Assembly (NCBI GenBank): GCA_965205955.1
Contig: OZ242192.1
Span: forward strand, 949,188 to 1,013,187
DNA length: 64,000 nt
Reading direction: 5' to 3'
From: Gammaproteobacteria bacterium
GTDB lineage: Bacteria > Pseudomonadota > Gammaproteobacteria > Eutrophobiales > Eutrophobiaceae
Made by a program: the position numbers and the translations under genes. The stretch's first letter is position 1; the number at the start of each line of letters is the position of its first letter. This document shows, one piece after another, positions 17,619 to 28,529 of the stretch. Below the pieces are notes generated by a model. That model was given only the letters and a program-made list of their open reading frames with translations. It ran no database searches and was not told where the DNA came from.

Positions 17619-19597
17619 ATACCGCTACCGTCCGAATACCCTGGCAATTAATGATTTGGCTGGCGGCAGGCATCTTGTTTTCGGCGCTTCCGCATACCAT
17701 ACGCATATCCTCCTGGATATCGATAATGCATATCATGCTGGTTTTTGCGCGCATGCTATTGTGTATTTATTTTCCTTTATTCCATCTGCAAAAAACCTTC
17801 ATGGCACGGCTCCCCGTATTGCTGGTTTCCGGGCTGTCTCTTATCGGGGTTTATTGGAGTTACGGCACGGTGATGGGGCGCGATCCGGGGATCGCATTAT
17901 TAACCGTTCTCGCGGCGCTGAAATTATTTGAATGCGACAATGAGCGTGATTTTTACATTATTTGCTACCTGGGTTATTTTTCGGTCATTACAAATTTTTT
18001 CTACAGTCAGACAATCCCCATTGCAATCTACATGTGCTTCATCGTGATTCTTATGACGGCAATATTGATTTCTTTCAACGACAAGCAGCAAAGCATGAAT
18101 ATATTCGATCGCTTTCGACTGTCCGCCGCCTTATTATTGCAGGCATTTCCAATCATGCTTATAGTCTTTTTATTCTTTCCGAGAATAAACGGCCCAATAT
18201 GGGGACTGCCCAAAGACGCTCACACCGGCGTCACCGGCATCGATGATGAGATGTCAATCGGTTCCATAAGCAAGTTAACACAATCCGATGCGGTAGCATT
18301 CCGCGTCAAATTCAAGGAGCGCATCCCGGACCCCGCCATTCTTTATTGGCGCGGGCCGGTTCTTTGGCACACTGACGGACGCAAGTGGACGACCGGGCGG
18401 ATCGTCAGAGATGAAGCGCCGGCTATAGACTATCGGCGGGGAGAGATCGTGTATGAGGTTACCATGGAAGCCACGAACAGGCATTGGTTGTTTGCTATCG
18501 AGATGCCGGCCCGGCTGCCCGATGAATCATATTTGACCGCCGATTATCAATTGAAGTCGCATACACCCGTGCACCGGCAAAAACAATACACGCTCAGCTC
18601 GTATACCGATTTTAAAAATAATACGCTTCGTAAGTCCGATTTACAGCGTGCCCTTGCGCTGCCTTCGGGCAAACATCGGCGAACCGTTTCACTTGCCGAC
18701 AGCTGGCTTGCTCCCGGCCAGACACCCGAACACATCATTCGGAAGGCGCTGGATTATTTCCGCGATAATAATTTTTCTTATACGCTTGAGCCTGCTTTAC
18801 TGACGGGCGATCCTGTTGATGAATTTTTATTCGAGAAAAAACAGGGATTCTGTGAGCATTATGCGGCCAGTTTTACTCTTTTAATGCGGGCTGCGGGTAT
18901 TCCGGCCAGAATCGTTACCGGATACCAGGGCGGTGAAATAAATCCTCTGGGGGATTACCTGATTGTCAGACAATATCACGCCCATGCCTGGTCGGAAGTC
19001 TGGCTTGACGGCAAGGGCTGGGTCAGAGTCGATCCAACCTCCGCAGTTTCACCGGACAGAATCAGTTACGGGGTCGAAAGCGCGATTCTGGAATCGATTA
19101 TCGGCATACCTCTCGGCTTGGAAAATAGTATCCTGGCAGCTACTATCCGGCAAAAACTGCGAAACAGCTGGGATGCGATCAACTATCGATGGATGCAATG
19201 GATATTGGGATACGGCCCGGAGCGGCAAAAGGCATTTTTCGCAAGGTTGGGATTTGAAAAATTCGGCTGGAAAACCCTGGCTGTCGGAATGATTGCCACA
19301 GTATCTCTGGCCTTATTGGTCTGCGCATTATGGATATTCAATACACGGCCAAAACAGGCTGATCCGGCCCAAAAGCTTTATCTGCAGTTCTGTCGAAAAC
19401 TGGAAAAAACAGGCGTTCGAAAAAAAAGCAGTGAAAGCCCAAATGTTTTTGCCCGGCGCGCATCGAAAGCAAGACGGAAATTGCGATCCGATATTTTTGC
19501 CGTTACCGGAATCTATATGGATATCCGCTATGGATCCCAGGTTCACAAACTGCATCAGTTGAAAACACGGGTATCTGATTTTGCGGCGCGAGGGTGA
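17615..19597 (+). CDS. DUF3488 + transglutaminase-like membrane protein (TgpA family)
   Basis: Multi-TM N-terminus, LYWRGPVL, GFCEHYA (Cys), HAWSEVW (His), WVRVDPT (Asp). Confidence 0.92.
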   Translation: MNTATVRIPWQLMIWLAAGILFSALPHTIRISSWISIMHIMLVFARMLLCIYFPLFHLQKTFMARLPVLLVSGLSLIGVYWSYGTVMGRDPGIALLTVLAALKLFECDNERDFYIICYLGYFSVITNFFYSQTIPIAIYMCFIVILMTAILISFNDKQQSMNIFDRFRLSAALLLQAFPIMLIVFLFFPRINGPIWGLPKDAHTGVTGIDDEMSIGSISKLTQSDAVAFRVKFKERIPDPAILYWRGPVLWHTDGRKWTTGRIVRDEAPAIDYRRGEIVYEVTMEATNRHWLFAIEMPARLPDESYLTADYQLKSHTPVHRQKQYTLSSYTDFKNNTLRKSDLQRALALPSGKHRRTVSLADSWLAPGQTPEHIIRKALDYFRDNNFSYTLEPALLTGDPVDEFLFEKKQGFCEHYAASFTLLMRAAGIPARIVTGYQGGEINPLGDYLIVRQYHAHAWSEVWLDGKGWVRVDPTSAVSPDRISYGVESAILESIIGIPLGLENSILAATIRQKLRNSWDAINYRWMQWILGYGPERQKAFFARLGFEKFGWKTLAVGMIATVSLALLVCALWIFNTRPKQADPAQKLYLQFCRKLEKTGVRKKSSESPNVFARRASKARRKLRSDIFAVTGIYMDIRYGSQVHKLHQLKTRVSDFAARG

Positions 19598-19665
19598 ATT
19601 TATAGTATTGTCGGGTAATCAGTTGCTATACTACGTCTCTATGATTGAGAATTGAGTTTAGATAG

Positions 19666-20610
19666 ATGGCCTTAAGAGCAGAGGATATTAAAAATCAGGA
19701 ATTGCTGATGAATGTTGATATGGACGTTGTTCTTCCATCCCTGTTAGATTGTCCGGTGCGTGATTTCCAAAAAGATGAATTACTAATAAAAAGCGGTGAT
19801 GTCAATCATAATCTGTTTCTGGTACTGTCGGGAAAATTCAGAGTCCACCTTCCCTTCGACAGTACCAATCCGCTGGTAGTGGTTGAATCAGGGCACTGCA
19901 TAGGTGAAATATCGATCATCGATCATCAGCCGGTCTCCGCAGATGTTGTCGCCGATTGCGATTCAAGGGTTCTTGTCGCCGATGAAGCCGTATTATGGCA
20001 TCTCATTGAAATTTCACACACCGTTGCATCAAATTTATTAAAGATCCTGGCGCAGCGCCTGCGCTACGGCAATATTCTAATGAATAAGATAAAAGAGCTC
20101 GTCAAAGAGTATCAGCATGAGACAACCATTGATTATCTGACCAGTCTGTATAATCGCCGCTGGCTGGATAACACGATGGTCCGGATTATGCAGCGCTCTG
20201 CCGCCAGCAATCAGCCTCTATCGGTATTGATGATGGACATTGATTTTTTTAAGCAATACAACGATAAACATGGACATTTAGCCGGAGATCTTGCTCTACA
20301 CTTTGTTGCGCAAACCATCTCATATAGCATCAGGCCCCAGGACATGGTAACCCGCTACGGGGGGGAAGAGTTTTTTGCCCTTTTGCCCGGCCTTCACATT
20401 GATGGCACAATGGAGGTCGCAGAAAGATTGAGAAAAGCGGTAGCCAAAACGGAAATTATACAAGAAAACGGCGAGAAGTTTCCTTCCGTCACAATTTCAA
20501 TTGGAGTAGCGGAAATGCAGCCTGAGCAAACACCGCCGGAATTAATTTCCGCCGCCGATCAGGCCCTGTATAGAGCGAAACATGCGGGGCGCAATAGAGT
20601 GCTTAAATAG
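19666..20610 (+). CDS. Cyclic-nucleotide-binding domain + GGDEF diguanylate cyclase
   Basis: GEISIIDHQPVSADV cNMP motif; DIDFFKQYND, RPQD I-site, GGEEF. Confidence 0.9.
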   Translation: MALRAEDIKNQELLMNVDMDVVLPSLLDCPVRDFQKDELLIKSGDVNHNLFLVLSGKFRVHLPFDSTNPLVVVESGHCIGEISIIDHQPVSADVVADCDSRVLVADEAVLWHLIEISHTVASNLLKILAQRLRYGNILMNKIKELVKEYQHETTIDYLTSLYNRRWLDNTMVRIMQRSAASNQPLSVLMMDIDFFKQYNDKHGHLAGDLALHFVAQTISYSIRPQDMVTRYGGEEFFALLPGLHIDGTMEVAERLRKAVAKTEIIQENGEKFPSVTISIGVAEMQPEQTPPELISAADQALYRAKHAGRNRVLK

Positions 20611-22360
20611 CCTTCTCCAGATCATTGTGACCGCTTTTTAACTGTATTTGATATAAGCGGTGATAGAAACCATTTTTTTCAAGCAATGTGTCATGTGTTC
20701 CCATCTCCACAATATTGCCCTGATCAAGAACGATAATACGATCCGCCGACCTGATTGTGGACAAACGGTGCGCAATAATTATACAGGTCCTGCCACATTT
20801 AACATTTTCCAATGCGGACTGAATATGTCCTTCCGAATTTGTATCGAGAGATGAGGTTGCTTCATCCAGAATAAGGATCGGGGCATCCTTCAATAAAGCG
20901 CGCGCTATTGCAAGACGCTGCTGTTGCCCACCCGATAAGCGAGTGCCCGATTCGCCAATTATTGTATGAATACCCTGGGGTAATTTTTTTATAAATTCCG
21001 AGGCATAGGCTGCATCTGCGGCCTGCCATATTTTATAATCGTCCACTTCATTCGCCGAACCGTAAATGATATTTTTCTTTGCCGATTGATTGAAAAGTAC
21101 AGTGTTCTGACTGACGTAAGCGATTTTTTTTCGCAGTGATTCGAGATCGAATTCTCTAATATCCGTGCCGTTAATCGTAATTATGCCGTCAACCGGCTCA
21201 TAGAAACGCGGCAGTAAGTTGGCTAAAGTTGTCTTGCCGCTGCCGGATTCACCGACCAATGCGACCGTTTCTCCCGCGTTAATTTTGATTGAAACAGAAT
21301 TCAATGCAAACTCCGCGTCGGGTTGATATTGATGCGATACCTGCTTGAAGTTTATTGTTTCTCCGACGTGATCGAGCTGCCTGGTTCCGGGATCAGTTTC
21401 CGGTTCCGAATCAAGCAATTCAAAAATACTCTCACAGGCCGCCAGCCCTTGTTGTATATATTCATTCACCCTGGCAAGGCGTTTTACCGGACCAAACAGC
21501 ATGGCCATGGCCGAAAAAAACGAGACAAATTCGCCCACGGTCAGCAATCCCGCCTTTGCCTGTTGAGTTGCCGTATAAATAACAACGGCAAGAAAAATGG
21601 AAGCGACGATCTGAACAAGGGGGCTGTTGGCCTCCGCTGCCATGGTAAATTTCATTTGGGATTTTCTATGCGCATCTATCTTGCGTGAAAACCGCTCGGT
21701 TTCCGATTGGGTGCCGCCATACAATTTGATTATTTTCTGCGCCTTGAAGCATTCGTTCAGTATATGGTGCATATCTCCCATGGTGGACTGCACCAGGCGG
21801 CTCATCTTTCGCAAACGCCGCTGAATAATGGAGACAATCACTGCGATGAACGGGACCGATACCAGACAGATAAGCGTCAGTAGCCAATCGATATAAATCA
21901 TCCAGATAATCAGGCCAATAACCGCCAGAGAATCGGGAACAAGGATTAAAAGGGCTTTAGTCGCGGCTCCACGAATATTTGCCACATCGAAAGTAAAGCG
22001 GGAAATCAAATTCCCCGAAACGTGGTTGTCAAAATAACTGCTTGGGAGCGTCAGAAAATGGACAAACATCTCTTTTCTCAATGCCATAATGGCCTTTTGG
22101 GAAACCCAGCTCAATGAGACATTGCTTGCATACGATGCAAGTCCGCGAACTATGAACAAAGCAATACATAACAACGGAATAAGAACAATCGTTTTTTCGT
22201 CTTTGTGAATAAATGCGCCGTCCAGCATAGGCTTCATCAATGCGGCAGCAGCCGGAGCGGTCGCTGCCAGAACAATCATGCTAAGGACGGATAAGAGAAA
22301 AATACGCCAATATGGTATAATATACCGCAGTAATCTAGCGTATAGGTCTATATCTTTCAC
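20603..22360 (-). CDS. msbA: Lipid A export ABC transporter
   Basis: 6-TM domain, GESGSGKT, LSGGQQQR, ILDEATS, IAHRLST. Confidence 0.85.
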   Translation of the reverse strand: MKDIDLYARLLRYIIPYWRIFLLSVLSMIVLAATAPAAAALMKPMLDGAFIHKDEKTIVLIPLLCIALFIVRGLASYASNVSLSWVSQKAIMALRKEMFVHFLTLPSSYFDNHVSGNLISRFTFDVANIRGAATKALLILVPDSLAVIGLIIWMIYIDWLLTLICLVSVPFIAVIVSIIQRRLRKMSRLVQSTMGDMHHILNECFKAQKIIKLYGGTQSETERFSRKIDAHRKSQMKFTMAAEANSPLVQIVASIFLAVVIYTATQQAKAGLLTVGEFVSFFSAMAMLFGPVKRLARVNEYIQQGLAACESIFELLDSEPETDPGTRQLDHVGETINFKQVSHQYQPDAEFALNSVSIKINAGETVALVGESGSGKTTLANLLPRFYEPVDGIITINGTDIREFDLESLRKKIAYVSQNTVLFNQSAKKNIIYGSANEVDDYKIWQAADAAYASEFIKKLPQGIHTIIGESGTRLSGGQQQRLAIARALLKDAPILILDEATSSLDTNSEGHIQSALENVKCGRTCIIIAHRLSTIRSADRIIVLDQGNIVEMGTHDTLLEKNGFYHRLYQIQLKSGHNDLEKAI

Positions 22361-22480
22361 AATTGCAGGGTCCTCTTCTATTTATGCAGCCAAAGTAGCA
22401 TTATAATTGCGGAGCAGATTAAAATGTAGATCCCGGCACGGAATATAAAGTAACCAAAACAACGATATAAAATTCGAGCT

Positions 22481-23347
22481 ATGTCCGGCAAACATCCCAT
22501 CATTGCCGTCACCGGTTCTTCCGGGGCGGGAACATCCGACGTCAGGCGGGCATTTGAATGGATTTTTCATGCCGAGAAGATTAAGCCTGCCGTCATAGAA
22601 GGCGATTGCTTCCATCGCCATAACAGGAAGGAGATGGATCAGCTGGTCAAGCAAGCGGAAAGCGAGAATCGGCGCTTGACGCACTTCGGCCCGGAGGGCA
22701 ACCATTTCGATAAGCTTGAAATGCTGTTCAAGGAATATGCAAGCGCGGGAACCGGGCAAAAATGCCACTACATTCATAATGAATTCGAGGCATCCCTGCA
22801 TGGCTGCCCGGTAGGGGAGTTTACTCCCTGGGAGCCGCTTGAAGAGGATACAGATCTTTTGTTTTACGAAGGACTGCATGGAGGCCTGGTCACAGATACT
22901 GTCAATATTGCGCAATATGTTGATGTCCTGATTGGCGTAGCTCCCATCATAAACCTTGAATGGATGCAGAAGATACACCGCGACAAATCAATTCGAGGAT
23001 ACAGCAGTGAAGACGCAACGTCCATGATCCTGAGTCGAATGTATGATTATGTGCAATATATTACACCACAATTCAGCCGCACTACTATCAACTTTCAACG
23101 GGTGCCGACCGTTGATACCTCAAATCCTTTTGAACATAGCGCCGTCCCAACCGATGCGGAAAGCTTTTCGATCATTCATATAAGAGACCGCAATAAAATA
23201 CCGGTTGACTTTCGCTATCTGCTGGAAATGCTGTCAGGATCTTTCATGTCAAGACCCGACATGATTGTTGTTCCCGCCGAAAAGAAAGTCTTTGCAATGC
23301 AGCTGATCTTCACCCCTGTCATTTGCGCATTCAGCAACAAAAGCTGA
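22481..23347 (+). CDS. prkB: Phosphoribulokinase (proteobacterial PrkB type)
   Basis: HPIIAVTGSSGAGT, EGDCFH, LLFYEGLHG, NLEWMQKIHRD, FQRVPTVDTSNPF. Confidence 0.9.
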   Translation: MSGKHPIIAVTGSSGAGTSDVRRAFEWIFHAEKIKPAVIEGDCFHRHNRKEMDQLVKQAESENRRLTHFGPEGNHFDKLEMLFKEYASAGTGQKCHYIHNEFEASLHGCPVGEFTPWEPLEEDTDLLFYEGLHGGLVTDTVNIAQYVDVLIGVAPIINLEWMQKIHRDKSIRGYSSEDATSMILSRMYDYVQYITPQFSRTTINFQRVPTVDTSNPFEHSAVPTDAESFSIIHIRDRNKIPVDFRYLLEMLSGSFMSRPDMIVVPAEKKVFAMQLIFTPVICAFSNKS

Positions 23348-23387
23348 CCTGAAAAACACATTATCGCCGGGCTGCAACCGAGTGCCA

Positions 23388-24632
23388 TCAATTGTGACGT
23401 GCCTGGAACTCGAACAGATCCGGAGTTTGTTCAACATTATGCCTGTACGGCTGCTGGTTTTTTTTCGCCACAGCCACCCCTTTCTGATAGCACTCTATCG
23501 CAGCCTCTTTATTACCTTCCTGACCATACAATGCCGCCAACTCATAACAGGCTTCCGAATTGGGTTTGACGGAAATACTTTCCTCAAGATAACCCCTTGC
23601 CTTGCCCCATAACTCATTCCTTATTGACAGCCGCCCCAAGGTCAATAATAAGGCCGCATCATGTCCATGATCCTTGATAAATCGTTCCATATAGCCGAGC
23701 TTCTTCAGACTATCGCGCATAGCAACCAGGCCGTAAAGCCTGACCAGAGACTGATCCCAGTTATGCTTTAATGCACTGAGTAATAATTCATCACAATTGC
23801 CCGCATTCCCGATCCGTATCCGTTGCGTAACATAAACATTGAGCAGATAAGCGCTCTTTCTTAATTTAGACGGAATAGAATCCCAGATATCATTGATTTC
23901 CGTGACTTCGTCCTTATCGCCCGCCAAAATCAACAGTCCCGCATAAGCATTGAGCCGGCAGCGCAGCACATACTCATTATCAAGCGCCTGTTTTTTCTCC
24001 AGTTGGGATAAAATTGCCAATACCGGGTTCCATTCTTCCAGTCGACAATAGCTCTCCAGCAACAATTGCTGGATCCGGTTCTGTTGCGGATGTTTCACAT
24101 GAAGATCGCGCAATTTTGCCAGCGCCTGTTCATTTTGCTCACAGTCCAACTGCAATTCCGCCTGGGTGATCCCAACCGCCAGGGTGGCATTATCCCGATA
24201 AGCGCGACGCAAATATTCATCCCGCTGGTTCAATGCGGCTCGTTTTTGAGCCGCGCGGGCCGCCCATAAATAATTTATACAGGGAGAGCGGCTGTAATTC
24301 GCAGAGCGAAGGAAGGCATTTTCCGCGCTTTTCCATTTACCTTCAGCCATATCTGTCAGACCGCGGATCAGATACTTTTCAGCCCTGGATTGATGCCGCT
24401 GCTTCCGCCATATACGAAAATTTCCCGGCAGGCTGATAATTTTACCGAGCAATCGCAGCAATAAATAAAACAATATAAAAGCAATGAACAAAACAACCGC
24501 GGAAAATGTTACCGAGGTGTTGACGATCCAATCGGCAGCCGCTATTACCACATAACCATCACCGGCATCGGCAAAGGCGCCGAGCAGCACGGCAGCCAGT
24601 AATGCAGCCAGTATCACTAACAGCGTCTTCAC
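23388..24632 (-). CDS. hemY: Heme biosynthesis-associated TPR membrane protein HemY
   Basis: N-terminal TMs with GYV, EG.W..AE, TPR repeats, LGRL....LWGKA; last gene of hemCDXY. Confidence 0.88.
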   Translation of the reverse strand: MKTLLVILAALLAAVLLGAFADAGDGYVVIAAADWIVNTSVTFSAVVLFIAFILFYLLLRLLGKIISLPGNFRIWRKQRHQSRAEKYLIRGLTDMAEGKWKSAENAFLRSANYSRSPCINYLWAARAAQKRAALNQRDEYLRRAYRDNATLAVGITQAELQLDCEQNEQALAKLRDLHVKHPQQNRIQQLLLESYCRLEEWNPVLAILSQLEKKQALDNEYVLRCRLNAYAGLLILAGDKDEVTEINDIWDSIPSKLRKSAYLLNVYVTQRIRIGNAGNCDELLLSALKHNWDQSLVRLYGLVAMRDSLKKLGYMERFIKDHGHDAALLLTLGRLSIRNELWGKARGYLEESISVKPNSEACYELAALYGQEGNKEAAIECYQKGVAVAKKNQQPYRHNVEQTPDLFEFQARHN

Positions 24633-25675
24633 TGAGCCGTACCCGGCACGTCGCCGGAAACATCGGGGAGGTCTTCATAGCGAATATACGCGCGCAAGGT
24701 CTCCAATGAAGAAGTAATATCCGGAATAGGCGGTTGCAGATCCAAGGTCTCCATTTTGCTCAGCGAAGCGATCAGATTGCCTGCCACAGGCTGAGTACCG
24801 TCAAAATATTGCTCAAGCAAACCCAAAGCCAGCATGATCGATTCCCGCATATTTGCAGTATCCTTGTTTAACACCGCTTGACGGGCGTTAAGCAATTCAA
24901 TCTTTAAACTTTGATAGATATAATATTGTTCATCAGGCAACACCTTCATCGCTGCGGATCTTCTTTTTATCGACACCATTTTCGCCACTTTCTGCCGGAT
25001 TAATTCAATGATAGCGATCGAGTCCTGTTTCTCTGCAAGATCGCTCCCCTCTTCCGCTGCATCAAAATCCCCTGCTGTATTTTTCAACCTGAGCATATCA
25101 ACCCGTTTTGCCATATCCGCCAGGTATAATGCCAGCCCGGAAACATCCACCTCATTCACCGAACGCAGGGCTTTTGTATCTTCAACAAGCTGTTTACGGA
25201 CTTCGCCCAATCCGGGCTCATGCAAAGAAACAAGACGCTTCTCGGCTTCCTGCATAGCAGCCAGGGCGGTAGCGACATTCCTGTCTATATTGATCCGTTG
25301 CGAGGCGATGATCAGCAAATGCTCAACCTCGTTAATCGCAAGAACCGAATTAGTCGGCAATGGCCGATTGGCCACTCCCTCCAGGGTTTCAAGCAGGGAC
25401 GCATTTTCCCGGGTCAACGCATCCAGTCTCCCTTCCAGTACCGCCGTCCTTTCCTGCAGCAGGCTGATCTGCGAATTAAATTGCTCCATGAACCGTTTCG
25501 ATTCGCCGACTGTATTCCCGTACCCTCTATAAAGAAGAACCGCAACCGCGCCAATCACCAGTACCGATACAACCACAAAAGCAAGCCCTCGTTTGAATTT
25601 GCCCGGTACATTATTTTTATTCAATTCCTTATCATCAGCGCCGATTTCCTTATTGTCTTCTTGTGTCTTGGTCAT
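24629..25675 (-). CDS. hemX: HemX family protein
   Basis: Single TM plus coiled coil, EVEHLL..A.QR, position between hemD and hemY. Confidence 0.85.
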   Translation of the reverse strand: MTKTQEDNKEIGADDKELNKNNVPGKFKRGLAFVVVSVLVIGAVAVLLYRGYGNTVGESKRFMEQFNSQISLLQERTAVLEGRLDALTRENASLLETLEGVANRPLPTNSVLAINEVEHLLIIASQRINIDRNVATALAAMQEAEKRLVSLHEPGLGEVRKQLVEDTKALRSVNEVDVSGLALYLADMAKRVDMLRLKNTAGDFDAAEEGSDLAEKQDSIAIIELIRQKVAKMVSIKRRSAAMKVLPDEQYYIYQSLKIELLNARQAVLNKDTANMRESIMLALGLLEQYFDGTQPVAGNLIASLSKMETLDLQPPIPDITSSLETLRAYIRYEDLPDVSGDVPGTAQ

Positions 25676-26470
25676 TTACTCCTCTCTGTCAATCTGATAA
25701 AGCGCCTGCAACAAACCGAAATCCGATTTTTTATTGACGATACAGATTGTACTTTTAAATCCGAGTCTTGTCGCCAACTTTAAGGTCCTTTCACTCATGG
25801 CAACCACAGCGGAATTCAACAGGCGGTCGCACACTGATTGAGGGGTCAATCTAAGCAGATTTTTCAAACCTTCATTGCTGGTTACCACAACTACGTCGGG
25901 TTTACTCTTCCGCCATATATCGAGCAAATAACCAGCTTCATAAACCGGCATTATACGCTTATATACGCTCACAGTCTCGACAATCGCCCCTCTTTTCGCC
26001 AGGCTGTTCTGCAACATGCTCCGCCCCCCCTCTCCTTTTACAATAAGAATGCGGCGCGCCTTAATCCGCGCCGCTTGCAACCGGGGCAAATTGATCAATG
26101 CCTCGCTGCCTGCATCAGGGCCGGCATGCGATATTCGGGTAATTCCACGGTTCATCAGCTCTTCGGCGGAACCTGCGCCAATCGCAATGATATTCAGGTC
26201 CTCCAGATCGGAAGGCCGGTTGATAATCGTCTCGAATGCCCATATAACCGCGTTGCGACTGATAAAAATAACACTATCGAACTCAGCCCAATAATCCGGA
26301 GGTTTCCGGCAGAGCTCCCTGTTGGCAGGCGCCTCGATTTCAATTGTCGGCAATGACAGCGCCTTCCCACCTCGTCGAGTTATCAGACTGCACAGCGCCT
26401 TCGCCTGTAGCCTTGGTCTTGTCACCAAAACCACTTTACCCGTCAGAGAAGGTTCCGCCCGCACATTCAT
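25676..26470 (-). CDS. hemD: Uroporphyrinogen-III synthase
   Basis: VLVTRP, IFISRNAV, SEAL, G.GGR, VY.R, VTS. Confidence 0.92.
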   Translation of the reverse strand: MNVRAEPSLTGKVVLVTRPRLQAKALCSLITRRGGKALSLPTIEIEAPANRELCRKPPDYWAEFDSVIFISRNAVIWAFETIINRPSDLEDLNIIAIGAGSAEELMNRGITRISHAGPDAGSEALINLPRLQAARIKARRILIVKGEGGRSMLQNSLAKRGAIVETVSVYKRIMPVYEAGYLLDIWRKSKPDVVVVTSNEGLKNLLRLTPQSVCDRLLNSAVVAMSERTLKLATRLGFKSTICIVNKKSDFGLLQALYQIDREE

Positions 26471-27387
26471 GCCAGTAATTCATCCAATATCTTATCGGCT
26501 CCGTTTGCCAGTAACTCTTCGGCCAGTCCGACTCCGATTTGTTCGGCATCCGCCGCATTACCCTGTGTTTTGGAAACCACTATTTCACTGCCATCGATGC
26601 GGCCCACCAAACCGGATAATTGCAACAATGGTCCCTCCACACTCGCCTGGGCGGCTATAGGCAATTGACAGCCACCGTGCAAGCGCCCGCTGAATGCCCG
26701 CTCTGCGCGAATGCAGATAGAGGTCCGTTCATGATTCAAATGCTCGATCAGCGCCTGTATATCCCTGTCATCGGCGCAACATTCTATCCCTATTGCCCCC
26801 TGTCCAATGGCGGGAAGCAACAAATCATGCTGAAGAAATTGCGTCACTCTCCCCGCCAGCCCCAGCCTCTTCATGCCGGCGGAAGCCAGAATGATCGCAT
26901 CGTATTCCCCGGCATCCAGCTTTGCCAAACGGGTTCCAACATTGCCACGGGAAGCGACCACATTAAAATCACTGCATCTTCCCCGGAGCTGCGACTGTCG
27001 CCTCATACTTGAGGTTCCAATAGTGGCATTGCCGGGCAAATCATCTATCGATGCGTATTGGTTGGATATAAACACATCCCTGCTGTCTTCCCGTTCAAGT
27101 ATAGCCGATATCATCAGCCCGTCCGGCAGATCAATAGTAACGTCTTTCATTGAATGAACCGCTATATCCGCCTGACCGGACAACAACGCTTCTTCCAACT
27201 CCTTAATAAACACCCCCTTTCCCCCGACCGCCGCCAGGGCGGCATCCAAAAATCGATCGCCCTCGGTGTGAATCATAATCAGTTCAATAGACAAGTCCGG
27301 GAATACCTCCATTAAACGCTGCCGGACATGACGCGCCTGCCAAAGTGCAAGAGGGCTTTTACGGGTTGCTATGGTTAGCTTGTTCAA
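26467..27387 (-). CDS. hemC: Hydroxymethylbilane synthase
   Basis: IATRKSPLALWQ, GGKGVFIKELE, AVHSMKD, GGCQLPI; TTG start. Confidence 0.96.
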   Translation of the reverse strand: MNKLTIATRKSPLALWQARHVRQRLMEVFPDLSIELIMIHTEGDRFLDAALAAVGGKGVFIKELEEALLSGQADIAVHSMKDVTIDLPDGLMISAILEREDSRDVFISNQYASIDDLPGNATIGTSSMRRQSQLRGRCSDFNVVASRGNVGTRLAKLDAGEYDAIILASAGMKRLGLAGRVTQFLQHDLLLPAIGQGAIGIECCADDRDIQALIEHLNHERTSICIRAERAFSGRLHGGCQLPIAAQASVEGPLLQLSGLVGRIDGSEIVVSKTQGNAADAEQIGVGLAEELLANGADKILDELLA

Positions 27388-27496
27388 TTTTACCGCCCTG
27401 TTCTATTCTCAATTCCTTATTCATACTAATCGATATTCCGAATACTACCTCTTTTTGGGTGTAGTATTCACCGCTAAAGATAATTATCCTTACGCA

Positions 27497-28453
27497 ATGA
27501 ATCTCGGCATCATCATGGACCCCATTGAACGGATCGATATAAAAAAAGACAGCTCATTCGCAATGCTGCTGGCAGCCAAAGCGCGCGGCTGGGATCTATA
27601 CTATATGGAACTGTCCGATTTATATCTTGCCGGCGACAGGCTGTTTGCCAATACAGCCGAACTGGACGTATTCGACGATCCGGGCTGCTGGTTTCGGCGG
27701 GGAGAAACCAAAGAAACCGACGTCTCCTGTCTCGATTTTATTTTAATGCGCAAAGACCCTCCCTTCGACATGGAATATATTTACGCCACCTATATGCTCG
27801 ATCATGCGGCAAAAAACGGAACCCCCGTATTCAATGATCCCACCGGGATAAGAAACGCCAACGAAAAATTATTCATCAGCCATTTCAGCGATTGCATCGC
27901 GGCCACCCAGGTTTGCCGCACAGCTAATCAGATCAAAGCATTCATATCCATACATGATGAAATTATTCTCAAGCCGCTTGACGGGATGGGAGGCGCGTCT
28001 ATTTTCAAAACCGGCGCCCGGGATAAAAACCTCAATGTTATTATTGAAACATTGACCGCAGATGAAACCCGGTTTGTAATGGCGCAGAAATACATTCCTG
28101 AAATAAAAGAAGGCGACAAACGCATCCTGTTAATCGATGGAGAAATCATTCCGCACGTATTGGCACGGATCCCGGCTGAGGGGGAAATACGCGGCAATCT
28201 AGCCAAAGGCGGCACAGGCCAGGAAGGCAAACTCACGGAGCGGGACCGCTGGATTTGCCGGCGGGTTGGTCCCGCTCTCAAAGAAAAAGGACTGCTGTTT
28301 ACCGGCATTGATATTATAGGCGATTACCTGACCGAAATCAACGTTACCAGCCCAACCTGTATTCGGGAATTGGATACAATCTACCGAATTAACATCGCCG
28401 ATCAACTGATGGATACGATTTCCAACAAGATCAAGAAATTGGGTTACCATTAA
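27497..28453 (+). CDS. gshB: Glutathione synthetase
   Basis: IIMDPI..I..KKDSS, MRKDPPFD, KPLDGMGG, RGNLAKGG, EINVTSPTC. Confidence 0.96.
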   Translation: MNLGIIMDPIERIDIKKDSSFAMLLAAKARGWDLYYMELSDLYLAGDRLFANTAELDVFDDPGCWFRRGETKETDVSCLDFILMRKDPPFDMEYIYATYMLDHAAKNGTPVFNDPTGIRNANEKLFISHFSDCIAATQVCRTANQIKAFISIHDEIILKPLDGMGGASIFKTGARDKNLNVIIETLTADETRFVMAQKYIPEIKEGDKRILLIDGEIIPHVLARIPAEGEIRGNLAKGGTGQEGKLTERDRWICRRVGPALKEKGLLFTGIDIIGDYLTEINVTSPTCIRELDTIYRINIADQLMDTISNKIKKLGYH

Positions 28454-28529
28454 ATTTATTTGCCCATACTCCACACCCGCTTTGCAATACCGTTCTCGAT
28501 ATGAGACTTGAGAAAACCCAGGTTCGATT

